In this document: positions 26,900 through 36,856 of the stretch, one piece after another
Position numbering within the stretch: position 1 is the first letter of the stretch
Layout: the number at the start of each line of letters is the position of its first letter
NCBI GenBank assembly: GCA_052386995.1
Contig: JBQTJP010000131.1
Span: forward strand, 1 to 40,773
Direction: 5' to 3'
Length of the DNA stretch: 40,773 nt
From: Armatimonadota bacterium
GTDB taxonomy: Bacteria > Sysuimicrobiota > Sysuimicrobiia > Sysuimicrobiales > Humicultoraceae
The notes under the pieces: model-generated
Databases searched by the model: none
What the model was told of the DNA's origin: nothing
Seen by the model: the letters and a program-made list of their open reading frames with translations, nothing else
Translations under genes and position numbers: made by a program

Positions 26900-27730
26900 G
26901 TGCGTTCGTCCCACCCTTCGCCCCCGCAGCCGTCGCCCGTTGCCGTTGCGGACTCGCCGCGCGAGCGCTCCGGGCAGTCGCCTCCGCTCAGTACACTGCG
27001 TGCCGTTCCGCGGTTCGCGATCGTGATGGCCGCGCTGCTGTCCGCCGCCGCGTTTCCGCAGTCGGCCCTGTTTCGCGTCGAGCGCATCGACGTGGTCGGC
27101 GCCGCGGGGCTGGCGCCGGCGGCGGTCATCGCGCTTGCGGGTGTCGAGCGCGGGGAGCGGCTGTTCGCCGTGCGCGCCGCCGATCACGTGCGGCGCCTGC
27201 GCGCGCATCCTCGCATCAAGACCGCCGATGTCCAGGTGCGCCCACCCCATACCGTTGTCATCTCCATCACAGAGAGGCGTCCGGTCGTCGCGCTTGCACT
27301 TGCGGATCGCTTTGCCCTGCTGGATGACGAGCTCGTTGTCGTGGCGTTCACCCCTGGCGCCGGAGGGCTGCCGGAGGTCGAGGACCGCACGGGACGCGCC
27401 GCGATTATGGGGCGCGCGGGGACGAAGGCGTCGTCGGAAGGCGCGCGCGTTGCGCTGGTGGCCCTTGCCGCCGCCCCTTCGGCGCTCCGCGGTGACATCG
27501 CCAGGATCCGCGTCGCGGCGGGACCGGATCTGACCCTGATCATGTGGAACGGGTTGGAGGTCCGGGCCGGCGGCCTGTGGGGGCTCGCCGACCGTCTGGT
27601 TCAGTTTCACGACGTTTTACCGGGGCTGGCTGCGCGGGGCGTGGCGCCGGCAACGATCGACCTCCGGTATGCCGGCTCGATTGTGGTTATGCCTGCTCTG
27701 GAAGAGATTACAGGAGGAGATGGTCGGTAG
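26900..27730 (+). CDS. ftsQ: Cell division protein FtsQ/DivIB
   Basis: Hydrophobic segment, then POTRA-like FRVERIDVVG...HPRIK.A.V....PHTVVISITER.P, and C-terminal IDLR. Start position uncertain. Confidence 0.85.
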   Translation: MRSSHPSPPQPSPVAVADSPRERSGQSPPLSTLRAVPRFAIVMAALLSAAAFPQSALFRVERIDVVGAAGLAPAAVIALAGVERGERLFAVRAADHVRRLRAHPRIKTADVQVRPPHTVVISITERRPVVALALADRFALLDDELVVVAFTPGAGGLPEVEDRTGRAAIMGRAGTKASSEGARVALVALAAAPSALRGDIARIRVAAGPDLTLIMWNGLEVRAGGLWGLADRLVQFHDVLPGLAARGVAPATIDLRYAGSIVVMPALEEITGGDGR

Positions 27731-27743
27731 GCGTGGAATAGCG

Positions 27744-27791
27744 CGCCAAGATATAGCGGCGCGGGACTCCATATCCTACTACAGGTAGAAG
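27744..27791 (+). promoter_or_regulatory. Tandem NrdR-box-like sites directly upstream of ftsA
   Basis: cgcCAAGATATAGcgg (27744-27759) and ctaCTACAGGTAGaag (27776-27791), 32 bp apart. The second abuts the ftsA ATG. Confidence 0.6.
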
Positions 27792-29030
27792 ATGGTGCGG
27801 CGGGGCTCGGTCGCGGGCCTGGACATCGGAACGACGAAGATTTGCGCCGTCGTCGCTGACGTCGACGAGGACCGGGAGATCCACGTCGTTGGCGCCGGCA
27901 CTGCGCCGTCGACCGGCATCCGCCGGGGCGTGGTCGTCGACCTCGATTCGACCGCCGGGGCGATCGAGCAGGCTGCAGACCGGGCCGAGCGCATGGCTGG
28001 GGTCAAGATCACGTCGGCGTACGTGGCGGTCTCCGGGGAGCACATCACTTCGGCCGACAGCCGGGGCGTGGTCGCGGTGGCCCGCGGCGATCATGAGATC
28101 GGCGATGCCGATGTCGCCCGCGTCGTCGACGCCGCGCGCATGGCCGCCCTGCCGGCGTCGGACCGCGAGATCATCCACCTTCTGCCGCGCGACTTCGTGA
28201 TCGACGGTCAGGATGGCATCAAACGCCCGGTGGGGATGTTCGGCACGCGCCTCGAGGTCGAGGCCCACATCGTCACCGGCGTGGCGACGGCCCTGGCCAA
28301 CGTCGTCCGATGCGTGCAGCGGGCCGGCATCGACGTCGACGCGATGGTCCTCGAGCCGCTCGCCGCGGCCGAGGCGGTGCTGACCCCGGCCGAGCGCGAT
28401 TTGGGGGTGGTGGTTGCCGACCTGGGCGGCGGGACCACCAGCGTGGGGATCTTCGTCAACGGCGGGCTCTGCCATGTGGCGATCCTGCCCGTGGCCGGTG
28501 CGCACCTGACGAGCGACATCGCCGTCGGCATGCGGACGCCGATGGCCGAGGCCGAGAAGCTCAAGGTGCGTTGGGGCGCGGCGACCCCGGCCATCGTCAC
28601 CGAGGGAGAGATGATCGAGGTCTTCGGCGCCGGCGCTCGCGAGCCGCGGGTAATCCCGCGCCGCGTGCTGGCGGAATACATCGAGCCGCGCCTGGACGAG
28701 ATCTTCGCGATGGTGCGCGGCGAAATCCGGCGCAGCGGGTACGTGCACCGTATCCCGGCCGGGATCGTGCTCACCGGCGGGGGCGCGCAACTCGAGGGCC
28801 TCGATGCGTATGCCGAGAGCCGGCTGGGGCTGCCCTCGCGCATCGGCACGCCCTCGGAGATCGGCGGGCTCGTCGAAGCGGTCCGGGGGCCGGCGTTCAG
28901 CACCGGCGTGGGGCTGGCCCTCTTTGGCTCGCGCGCACGCCAGCACGTCGGCGTCGCCCACGGCAACGGCGCGCGTTCGTTCTGGGATAAGACCCGGACC
29001 TGGCTCCGGGGGGTGCTCGAGAGTGGATAG
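27792..29030 (+). CDS. ftsA: Cell division protein FtsA
   Basis: [40 protein letters not shown] and [11 protein letters not shown]. Confidence 0.97.
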   Translation: MVRRGSVAGLDIGTTKICAVVADVDEDREIHVVGAGTAPSTGIRRGVVVDLDSTAGAIEQAADRAERMAGVKITSAYVAVSGEHITSADSRGVVAVARGDHEIGDADVARVVDAARMAALPASDREIIHLLPRDFVIDGQDGIKRPVGMFGTRLEVEAHIVTGVATALANVVRCVQRAGIDVDAMVLEPLAAAEAVLTPAERDLGVVVADLGGGTTSVGIFVNGGLCHVAILPVAGAHLTSDIAVGMRTPMAEAEKLKVRWGAATPAIVTEGEMIEVFGAGAREPRVIPRRVLAEYIEPRLDEIFAMVRGEIRRSGYVHRIPAGIVLTGGGAQLEGLDAYAESRLGLPSRIGTPSEIGGLVEAVRGPAFSTGVGLALFGSRARQHVGVAHGNGARSFWDKTRTWLRGVLESG

Positions 29031-29080
29031 GGCGGAGCGGCGCCCGGCGTCAGCCGGAAAATCATCAAGGAGGCGTCCCG

Positions 29081-30136
29081 ATGGCGAACATCGAGCGTGA
29101 TCTTCGTCGATACGCCGCGATCAAGGTGGTGGGGGTAGGCGGCGGCGGCAGCAACGCGGTCAACCGGATGATCTCGGCCGGTCTGCGCGGCGTTGAATTC
29201 ATCGCAATCAATACAGATGCGCAGGCATTGGCGTTGTCCGGGGCCGATAAGAAGATGCACATCGGCGCGAAGATCACCAAAGGCTTGGGCGCGGGCGGAG
29301 ACCCCAACGTTGGGCGGCACGCCGCCGACGAAAGCCGGGATGACCTCAGCGAGGTGCTGGCCGGCGCAGACATGGTGTTCGTCACCGCGGGCATGGGCGG
29401 GGGGACCGGCACCGGCGCCGCCCCGATCATCGCGGAGCTGGCGCGGGACCTGGGGGCGTTGACGATCGGCGTCGTGACGCGGCCCTTCAGTTTTGAAGGA
29501 AAGCGACGCGCAGCCTCCGCGGAGGAAGGCGTCCGGAATCTCAAGCAGAAGGTCAGCACGCTGATCACGATCCCCAACGATCGCCTGCTGCAAATCATCG
29601 ACAAAGAGGCGACCGTCATCGAGGCGTTTCGGACCGCAGACGACGTCCTGCGGCAGGGCGTGCAGGGGATCGCCGATCTCATCACGGTGCCGGGGCTCAT
29701 CAACCTGGACTTCGCCGATGTCCGCACGATCATGGCCGAGGCGGGCGCCGCGCTCATCGGCATCGGGGTCGCGTCAGGCGACGATCGCGCGACCCGCGCC
29801 GCCCAGGCGGCGATCAGCAGCCCGTTGCTGGAGACCACGATGGAAGGCGCGCGCGGTGTCCTGATCAACGTGACCGGCGGAACCGATCTCGCTCTGCTCG
29901 AGGTCAGCGAGGCCGCGCAGATCGTCCGCGAGGCCGCCGATCCGGAGGCGAATATCATCTTCGGCGCCGTCATCGATGAGAAGGCGCGCGACGAGGTGCG
30001 CATCACGGTGATCGCCACAGGATTCGAGGGCGCGCAGCGGACCGAGGAGCCGGCGGCGGTGACCCCTACGCGGGCCAAGGAGCCGGTGAAAATGATCGAC
30101 GAACTCGACATCCCGGCATTCTTGCGGAGACGTTAG
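29081..30136 (+). CDS. ftsZ: Cell division protein FtsZ
   Basis: [34 protein letters not shown] and C-terminal LDIPAFLRR. Confidence 0.99.
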   Translation: MANIERDLRRYAAIKVVGVGGGGSNAVNRMISAGLRGVEFIAINTDAQALALSGADKKMHIGAKITKGLGAGGDPNVGRHAADESRDDLSEVLAGADMVFVTAGMGGGTGTGAAPIIAELARDLGALTIGVVTRPFSFEGKRRAASAEEGVRNLKQKVSTLITIPNDRLLQIIDKEATVIEAFRTADDVLRQGVQGIADLITVPGLINLDFADVRTIMAEAGAALIGIGVASGDDRATRAAQAAISSPLLETTMEGARGVLINVTGGTDLALLEVSEAAQIVREAADPEANIIFGAVIDEKARDEVRITVIATGFEGAQRTEEPAAVTPTRAKEPVKMIDELDIPAFLRRR

Positions 30137-30148
30137 CACCGCGGTCTC

Positions 30149-31246
30149 GTGCGGCAGGACGACTTGGGGTCGCACGACGGCCCGCCCGACCTCGCCGAGA
30201 GGCTCGACCGTGCCCGGGCGCACATCGAAGAGCTCCTGCCCGGCGCGGTCGCCGAGGCGGGGCAGGCTGTCTTCCTTCTCTACACGGCGACGGGCATCCG
30301 CGAGCGGTTCCTCGAGCTCCAGCGCCGTCTGGTGCCGCTCGGCCTGCTGCCCCTGCTGCGCAGCCGCCACAGCCGGCCTGCCCTGATCCTCATCCCGAGG
30401 CCGCCTGCGGGCCGGTGGGCCTGGCAGACCAATGCCCTGCTTTTTCTGGCCACGGTCGTCACGACGTATGTCTCGGGCTACCTGCAATCCGCCGGCCTTG
30501 TCGAACGGGGGCTGCTGCAGAGCGCGATCGCGGGCGGCTTCACCTATGCGGCATCCCTGCTGTTCATTCTCGGTGCGCACGAGATGGGGCACAAACTCGT
30601 CGCCGTACGACGGGGCATTGATGCGAGCCTGCCCTACTTCCTACCCATGCTGCCGCTGCCGCCGCTTCCCGGGACGATGGGCGCCGTCATCGTGACCCGG
30701 ACTCCGGCACCCAACCGCGATAGTCTCATGGACCTGGGCGCGTCGGGCCCGATCGCCGGCTTTGTGGCGGCCATCCTCGTGTTGATCTACGGCATCAGCC
30801 GGTCGTTTGTCATCGCGCCGGGCCAGTTCGAAGGCCTGGGGGTTGTGCCAGACCCGCTCCTGACCCGGGGGCTGGTCAGGCTCATCCTGAATCCCCCGCC
30901 GGGGACCGACGTCCTCATGCACCCGGTCATGTATGCCGGGTGGATCGGGCTCCTGGTCACCAGCATCAACCTCCTGCCGGCCGGGATGCTGGATGGTGGG
31001 CACGCCGTACGGGCCGCGTTGGGCGCGCGGTGGCACATGCTGCTCTCGTACGCCGGGGTGGTGCTGGCCGTGCTCATGCAGGCGTACCTGATGGCGGTGC
31101 TGATCGCGCTGTTGATGCGACGGGGACACGTTGGGCCTCTCGACGATCTCACCCCGATGAGTCCGTCCCGCCGCCTCATCGGTCTTTCGCTCGTCGCCAT
31201 CTTCGTCCTTAGCACCGTCGTCTTCCCCGTCAATCCGTTTCGGTAG
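30149..31246 (+). CDS. Site-2 protease (peptidase M50) membrane metalloprotease
   Basis: AHEMGH zinc motif, GASGPIAG and NLLPAGMLDGGH, with multiple TM helices. Confidence 0.92.
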   Translation: MRQDDLGSHDGPPDLAERLDRARAHIEELLPGAVAEAGQAVFLLYTATGIRERFLELQRRLVPLGLLPLLRSRHSRPALILIPRPPAGRWAWQTNALLFLATVVTTYVSGYLQSAGLVERGLLQSAIAGGFTYAASLLFILGAHEMGHKLVAVRRGIDASLPYFLPMLPLPPLPGTMGAVIVTRTPAPNRDSLMDLGASGPIAGFVAAILVLIYGISRSFVIAPGQFEGLGVVPDPLLTRGLVRLILNPPPGTDVLMHPVMYAGWIGLLVTSINLLPAGMLDGGHAVRAALGARWHMLLSYAGVVLAVLMQAYLMAVLIALLMRRGHVGPLDDLTPMSPSRRLIGLSLVAIFVLSTVVFPVNPFR

Positions 31247-31255
31247 CGCGGGCGG

Positions 31256-32482
31256 ATGCGCTCCCAACGACGCCCCGGACCCGCAGGCGGGTATCCCGCC
31301 GAGCGTCGCTTCAGGTGGGGCCGGGCCGTCCTGGCGATCGTGCGCAAGGAGATTGTCGAGGTCCTGCGAGACCGGCGCACGCTGGCGGCGGCGGTCTTGC
31401 TGCCGGCGGTGGTCATGCCGCTGGTCGTGCTCGCGATGCCGGTGCTGGCCAGGCTGCAAGAAGAGCGGCTGCGCGATCGTCCGGCGCGGATTGCGGTCGA
31501 AGGCGGGGACGCCGGTGGTCTCGTTGCCTTCGGATTCGACGAACGGGCGTTCACCCTCGTCTCGGTGACCGAGCCGCGCCAGGCGCTGTTGCGGGGCGAG
31601 GTCGATGCCCTGCTGGTCGATCGAGGGCCCTCCGGTGAGGGCCCGCGCGTAGTGGCCGTTCTGTACGACGGGACGCGCGCGGCCTCGCGGACCGCCGTGC
31701 AGAAGGTCACTCAGGTCGCAGCCGCCATGGCCCTGCGCGACCTTCGGGCGGCGGCTCGCCGGGGCGGCATCAATCCCCTGCAGATCATCCCGGTGGCGGT
31801 CGAACTTGAGAACATAGCGTCTCCGCAGCGCACCGGGGGCGCGCTGCTGGGCACCGCTCTGCCGTTCTTTCTCGCCGTGTGGCTGCTCTTGGGTGGGCAA
31901 TACGCTGCGCTCGACGTGGGCGTCGGCGAACGCGAGCGCGGCAGTCTCGAGGCGTTGCTCGTGGCGCCGCCGCCGCGGAGCGCGATCATCGCGGGCAAAT
32001 TCCTGGCGGTTCTCGCCCCGGCGCTGCTGGCCCTGGTCGTCATGGTCTCGGCCGGCCTGGCATCGGTCCGGCTCGGGGCCCCGCTCATCTCGGACAGGCC
32101 GGTCGTCGTCGCCCTCACCCTCCCGGCGGCCGGCGGCCTGCTGATCGTCGGGATGGCGCTGGGCGGTCTTCTGTCTGCCGTGCAGTTGTCGATCAGCCTC
32201 GCCGCCCGCACGCTGCGGGAAGCGCAGCAGGCTTTCACCGGCCTGTATCTGGTGGTGGCCGTTCCGGTGATCTTCCTCCCCTTTCTCGACGAGTGGGCGG
32301 GCCGGCCCTGGGCGTCTCTGGTGCCTGTCGCCAATGCGGCTCTGGCCTTCCGCGCGGTGCTCGTCGGCGAGCTGGGGGCGGACGCACTCCTCGCGACGTT
32401 CGGATCCCTCACGATTCTCACGTTCCTGGCCCTGGTCTGGGGGGTTCGCATCCTCGAGCGGCAGCGCCGCTCGAATCCGTGA
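31256..32482 (+). CDS. ABC-2 type permease (NatB-like)
   Basis: IVRKEIVEVLRDRRTL, GERERGSLEALLVAP..R..II.GK and ARTLREAQ. Confidence 0.88.
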   Translation: MRSQRRPGPAGGYPAERRFRWGRAVLAIVRKEIVEVLRDRRTLAAAVLLPAVVMPLVVLAMPVLARLQEERLRDRPARIAVEGGDAGGLVAFGFDERAFTLVSVTEPRQALLRGEVDALLVDRGPSGEGPRVVAVLYDGTRAASRTAVQKVTQVAAAMALRDLRAAARRGGINPLQIIPVAVELENIASPQRTGGALLGTALPFFLAVWLLLGGQYAALDVGVGERERGSLEALLVAPPPRSAIIAGKFLAVLAPALLALVVMVSAGLASVRLGAPLISDRPVVVALTLPAAGGLLIVGMALGGLLSAVQLSISLAARTLREAQQAFTGLYLVVAVPVIFLPFLDEWAGRPWASLVPVANAALAFRAVLVGELGADALLATFGSLTILTFLALVWGVRILERQRRSNP

Positions 32483-32552
32483 TGCGGGCGCGTGCGGGCG
32501 CGAAATCGAGCGTCCGGCCGACCCTGCGAGCGCTCGCGCCGCCCACCGGGCG

Positions 32553-32581
32553 TTGACACGCTAGATATGGGGCTCTAGAAT
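32553..32581 (+). promoter_or_regulatory. Sigma70-type promoter of nrdR-nrdJ
   Basis: TTGACA (32553-32558), 17-bp spacer, TAGAAT (32576-32581). Confidence 0.85.
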
Positions 32582-32605
32582 CTACCTTGCCTCTACTGCT
32601 GGGGT
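32558..32605 (+). promoter_or_regulatory. Tandem NrdR boxes overlapping the nrdR-nrdJ promoter
   Basis: acgCTAGATATGGggc (32558-32573) between -35 and -10, and a weaker cctCTACTGCTGGggt (32590-32605) 32 bp downstream. Confidence 0.72.
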
Positions 32606-32612
32606 CCCCGTT

Positions 32613-33134
32613 ATGCGGTGCAAGCTCTGCGGTCATGAGGAAAGCAAGGTGCTCGATTCCCGGCCCGTCGAGGAAGGGCGAGCCGTACGCCGGCGCCGCG
32701 AGTGCCTGGAATGCGGCCGCCGGTTCACAACCTACGAGCGCGCGGACCCCGCCCCCCTGATGGTCGTCAAGCGCGATTCCCGCCGCGAGCCGTTCGATCG
32801 CGGGAAGGTGCTGGCCGGACTGATCCGGGCATGCGGGAAGCGCCCGATCTCCATGGAAGCAATGGATCTGCTCGTCGACGACGTTGAACGGGAGGTCCGG
32901 GGAAACGGCGCGCAGGAGGTAGCCTCGTCCTTGATCGGTGACCTGGTGATGGAACGGCTGCGCCGGCTCGACGACGTCGCCTACGTCAGGTTCGCCTCGG
33001 AGCACCGCCGCTTCCAGGATGTGGATTCGATCGCCGAGGAGATCGAAACTCTCAAAGAGCGCAAGCGCCGAGAAGATGCCCTGCGCGACCAGGTCCCCCT
33101 GATCACGCTCCCCGACACGCACGGCACGCGATAG
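32613..33134 (+). CDS. nrdR: Transcriptional repressor NrdR
   Basis: Zn ribbon MRCKLCG..SKVLDSR...RRRRECLECGRRFTTYE, ATP cone VVKRD..RE.FDR.K and AYVRFAS. Confidence 0.97.
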   Translation: MRCKLCGHEESKVLDSRPVEEGRAVRRRRECLECGRRFTTYERADPAPLMVVKRDSRREPFDRGKVLAGLIRACGKRPISMEAMDLLVDDVEREVRGNGAQEVASSLIGDLVMERLRRLDDVAYVRFASEHRRFQDVDSIAEEIETLKERKRREDALRDQVPLITLPDTHGTR

Positions 33135-33161
33135 CGAGACCAAAACGCCTGGGGGTGACAC

Positions 33162-36100
33162 ATGGAAGGCGGCTCGTCCTCTTCGATCCTGCAGCAGACC
33201 ACATCCGACCTCCATCCTGAGACCCTGGCCGCCTTCGACGGAGACGAGCTCCGCGCGCGCGTCTTCCACGACAAGTACGCGCTGCGCGACGCCGACGGGC
33301 GTGTGGTAGAGCGCACGCCCGATCAGATGTGGCGCCGTATCGCCTCAGAGCTGGCGTCGGTGGAAGCCCCCGAGCTGCGGGAGCAGTGGAAGGCGAACTT
33401 CGAGTGGCTGCTGACTGACTTTCGGCTCATCCCCGGCGGGCGGATCATGCACGGCGCTGGGAATCCCAAGCGCGTGACGCTCTTGAACTGCTTCCCAGCC
33501 GGCACGCCCGTGCTGAGCAAGCGGGGTTTTCTGCCAATTGAGCAGATTCTTCCTGGCGATGAAGTCCTCACTCACCGCGATCGGTTCAGTCTGGTGACCC
33601 ATGTCATTGAGACGAAGATTGAGGAGCCGCTCGTCGAGCTCTCGTGCTTCTACCTCGGCGATCAACCGATTCGCTGCACCGCGGATCATCGCTTTCTTGC
33701 TCTCGATCGTGATGGTCGGGTCGGGTGGACGCCTGCACGTGAGTTGACGCGTGACCACTACATAAGAGTTGGGCGCGCGGCCGAGACCATCCCGCTCGAG
33801 GAACTTGACGTCAGTGACTATCTCGAGGGCGGCGCTCTCGAGGACGACGAGGGTCACGTGTTTCTCGCTCGGCCCTACGTCGGTGGACAAGGGGCAGTCG
33901 GCGTTGCGGAGAGCCGACGCGTTAAGCGCCACATCGCGGTCAATGAAGACTTCGGCCGCTGGCTGGGGTACTTCATTGCCGAGGGGGGCGTCACGGACAA
34001 CAGCGTGTACTTCACGCTGAGCCGAGACGAAGGCCGGATCGCAGCCGAGATCGCAGCCCTGACTCAGAGAGTCTTCGGTGTAGACGCTTCGATTCAGACC
34101 CGCACTGGCCAGCCCAGCCACTGGATCCGCGTGTATGCGCATTCAAAGCTGCTCGTCCGGTTTGTCAGGAGTTTCTTCAATTCTCGCGTTCACAGCACGG
34201 ACAAGCTTCTGCCGCATTGGTTCTTGCGTGTTCTGCCGCGAGTCCAAAAGGCTTTCCTTGGGGCGGTTTTCGCTGGCGACGGCGTGGTACTGGAGAAGAG
34301 CGTCAAACTGTTCCTGGCCAACCCCGACCTCATTCGCCAGATCTATGCGATCATGCTCCGCCTCAACATCGTTGCGTCCATACGTTGGGAAGGCAAGTTG
34401 CGCTTGACAAGGCACCGAGGCATGTGGATTCATGTTGGCACGCAGCCGTATGTGAAAGCAGTCAAAGCATGGATCCGCGGCGATCTAGGTGTGGAGTCGA
34501 CGCTCACGGAAGTGTATGGCAATTACTTCTACAAGGTCGTCGATGGAGCGCTCTTTGTTAAGGTCAAGCGTCTTCTGCATACGGAGGCCGCTGCTCAGAC
34601 GGTCTTCGATCTCACTGTAGAAGACGACCATTCATTTACCGCCGGGTGGCTCGGGGCCCATAACTGCTATGTGATTCCAGTCAAGGATGACTCGATTGAA
34701 TCTATCTTCGAGTGGACGAAAGAGGCCGCCCGGACCTACAGCCTGGGCGGTGGGGTCGGCACTGACATCTCTGTCCTGCGCCCCCGCGGCGCACCGGTGA
34801 ACAATGCCGCGCGCAGCAGTACCGGCTCGGTCTCCTTCATGGAGCTCTTTTCGCTGACGACAGGCACGATCGGCCAGTCGGGCCGTCGCGGCGCATTGAT
34901 GATCACAATCGCCGACAACCACCCGGATGTGCTCGACTTCATCAAGGTGAAGCGCAACCTCAACAAAGTGCGCTACGCGAACATCAGCGTGAGGATTTCC
35001 GATGCGTTCATGCGGGCCGTGGAGGAAGACGGCACGTGGGACCTCGCCTTTGACAATGACCGGGCCTCACTCCGGCGGACGGTCCGCGCGCGCGATGTCT
35101 GGCGCGAACTCATCAAAGGCGCCCGTGACTACGCCGAGCCCGGCGTCATCTTCTGGGACACGGTCAAGCGATGGTCGACCTCCGAGTACAATGGCATGGA
35201 GGTTATCACGACGAACCCCTGTTCCGAGATCCCGCTTGAAAAATACGGGGTCTGCGACCTGGCGAATGTGTGCTTGTCGAAGTTTGTGCAGGACGAGTTC
35301 ACCTCACAAGCTCGCATCGATTGGGACCGTCTCGAACGCGCGCTACAGCTCACGGTACGTTTCCTCGACAACGTCCTAGACTACAATGCTGAGAAGCATC
35401 CTCTCCCCGAGCAGCGTAAGGCCAGCCTCTACTCTCGGCGCATAGGGGTTGGGTTCACCGCGCTGGGCGATATGCTCATCAAGCTCGGTCTGAAGTACGA
35501 CACCGATGGTGCGGTCGCGTTCGTCGACGGGCTGTTCGACCGTATCAAGAACATTGTCTACGACGCGAGCGTCAATCTGGCGATTGAGAAAGGGACGTTC
35601 CCCGGTTACGATGCGCAAGCGCACCTGGCGTCGCCGTTCATCCAGACGCTGTCCCCGAAGGTCCGAGAGCGGATTGGGCGCCACGGCCTGCGCAACGTGG
35701 CGGTGTTGACTGTGCCGCCCGTTGGCAGCGGGGCCGCGCTCGCCGGCGTCACGAGCGGGATCGAGCCGATCTTCGACGTGTCGTACATCCGGCGCTCGGA
35801 GTCGCTCTCGCAGGAGATCTTCACCGTCTACCATCCGCTGGTGCGTGAGTACATGACGCGGTTTGGGGTCGACCGCCAAGAGGATCTGCCCGAAGCCTTC
35901 GTGACCGCCCATCAGATCAGCGCCGATATGCGCGTTCGCATGCAGGCGGCGATTCAGCGTCACATCGATCACTCGATCTCGTCAACGGTGAACCTTCCGC
36001 AGGACACGTCACCGGAAGAGGTGGAGCGCATCTACCTGCAGGCGTGGAAGCACGGTCTTAAAGGAATTACGGTGTATCGCGAGAGCAGCCGCGAAGGGAT

Positions 36101-36836
36101 CCTGATCACCGAGAGTCAGGCGAAGGCTCAAACAGCGGCAGGTCAGGCAACCGATGGTCAACCTGTGGTCGGGACGCAGGCCGCGGACGCCGGCGAGCGG
36201 GTCAACGCGGGGGTCGCCGCCCCCGCCCACGGACGCGTGACTCCGCGCCCCCGGCCGAAGGTGACCTCGGGCCGCACGGAGCGTATTGAAACGCCCCGCG
36301 GCCGCGTGTATGTCGTTATTAACGAAGACGAGCTCGGCATCTGCGAGGTGTTCGTCCACTCCCTCGATGTCGAGGCGGAGGCGATCGGCCGCATGGCCTC
36401 GCTGGCGCTGCGCGGCGGCCTCGACGCCCGTGACATCATCGAGCAGCTCTGGCGCGTGCAGAGCAAAGAGCTGGCGTTTGATCGGTCTGCCGATGGGACG
36501 GTTGTCCGCGTGACGACGATCGCGCAGGCGGTGGCACTCGCCCTGGGACGGACGCTCTACGGCGATGCCTTCCGGCCCGACAAGGCCTTTCCCCGCGCCG
36601 ACGCGCTTCCCGAACCCGGGCCGCGCGCCCGTCAGGAAGGGCTTCGCTTCGCGCCGCCCCCCGCACCCACGGATGCCGGACAGCGGGTGCTGGCCCCGGT
36701 GGTGGGTGGGAATGGCGATGCGGGTCCCGCAGACACCGCGCTGATATTTGTCGGCATCTGCCCCGATTGCGGCGCCTCTCTCGTCCACGAGAACGGGTGC
36801 GCCACGTGCCGCCAGTGTGGCTACTCCCGATGTTGA
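33162..36836 (+). CDS. nrdJ: Class II (adenosylcobalamin-dependent) ribonucleotide reductase with intein (1224-aa precursor, 832 aa spliced)
   Basis: PGGRI, GGGVG, QSGRRGA, ANISV, EPGVIF, TNPCSEIPL, CDLA, RRIGVG, SGIEP, SISSTVN and KGITVYR. C-terminal TSCPD-like region and CPDCG...GCATCRQCGYSRC Zn ribbon. No ATP cone. Confidence 0.93.
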   Translation: MEGGSSSSILQQTTSDLHPETLAAFDGDELRARVFHDKYALRDADGRVVERTPDQMWRRIASELASVEAPELREQWKANFEWLLTDFRLIPGGRIMHGAGNPKRVTLLNCFPAGTPVLSKRGFLPIEQILPGDEVLTHRDRFSLVTHVIETKIEEPLVELSCFYLGDQPIRCTADHRFLALDRDGRVGWTPARELTRDHYIRVGRAAETIPLEELDVSDYLEGGALEDDEGHVFLARPYVGGQGAVGVAESRRVKRHIAVNEDFGRWLGYFIAEGGVTDNSVYFTLSRDEGRIAAEIAALTQRVFGVDASIQTRTGQPSHWIRVYAHSKLLVRFVRSFFNSRVHSTDKLLPHWFLRVLPRVQKAFLGAVFAGDGVVLEKSVKLFLANPDLIRQIYAIMLRLNIVASIRWEGKLRLTRHRGMWIHVGTQPYVKAVKAWIRGDLGVESTLTEVYGNYFYKVVDGALFVKVKRLLHTEAAAQTVFDLTVEDDHSFTAGWLGAHNCYVIPVKDDSIESIFEWTKEAARTYSLGGGVGTDISVLRPRGAPVNNAARSSTGSVSFMELFSLTTGTIGQSGRRGALMITIADNHPDVLDFIKVKRNLNKVRYANISVRISDAFMRAVEEDGTWDLAFDNDRASLRRTVRARDVWRELIKGARDYAEPGVIFWDTVKRWSTSEYNGMEVITTNPCSEIPLEKYGVCDLANVCLSKFVQDEFTSQARIDWDRLERALQLTVRFLDNVLDYNAEKHPLPEQRKASLYSRRIGVGFTALGDMLIKLGLKYDTDGAVAFVDGLFDRIKNIVYDASVNLAIEKGTFPGYDAQAHLASPFIQTLSPKVRERIGRHGLRNVAVLTVPPVGSGAALAGVTSGIEPIFDVSYIRRSESLSQEIFTVYHPLVREYMTRFGVDRQEDLPEAFVTAHQISADMRVRMQAAIQRHIDHSISSTVNLPQDTSPEEVERIYLQAWKHGLKGITVYRESSREGILITESQAKAQTAAGQATDGQPVVGTQAADAGERVNAGVAAPAHGRVTPRPRPKVTSGRTERIETPRGRVYVVINEDELGICEVFVHSLDVEAEAIGRMASLALRGGLDARDIIEQLWRVQSKELAFDRSADGTVVRVTTIAQAVALALGRTLYGDAFRPDKAFPRADALPEPGPRARQEGLRFAPPPAPTDAGQRVLAPVVGGNGDAGPADTALIFVGICPDCGASLVHENGCATCRQCGYSRC
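33489..34664 (+). mobile_element. 392-aa intein with LAGLIDADG homing endonuclease
   Basis: Block A CFPAGTPV, block B CTADHRF, endonuclease motifs WLGYFIAEGG and FLGAVFAGDG, block F VFDLTVEDDHSF, and block G AHN followed by +1 Cys. Removal restores LLN-CYV. Confidence 0.95.
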
Positions 36837-36856
36837 CCGCGCGGTGGTAGACTGAA

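Noticed and set aside
13140..33269. Many long minus-strand ORFs (e.g. 15109-17409, 766 aa; 24289-25995, 568 aa; 18282-19694; 28208-29593)
   Set aside because: Antisense shadows of well-identified high-GC + strand genes. They are Arg/Gly/Pro-rich with no recognisable motifs.
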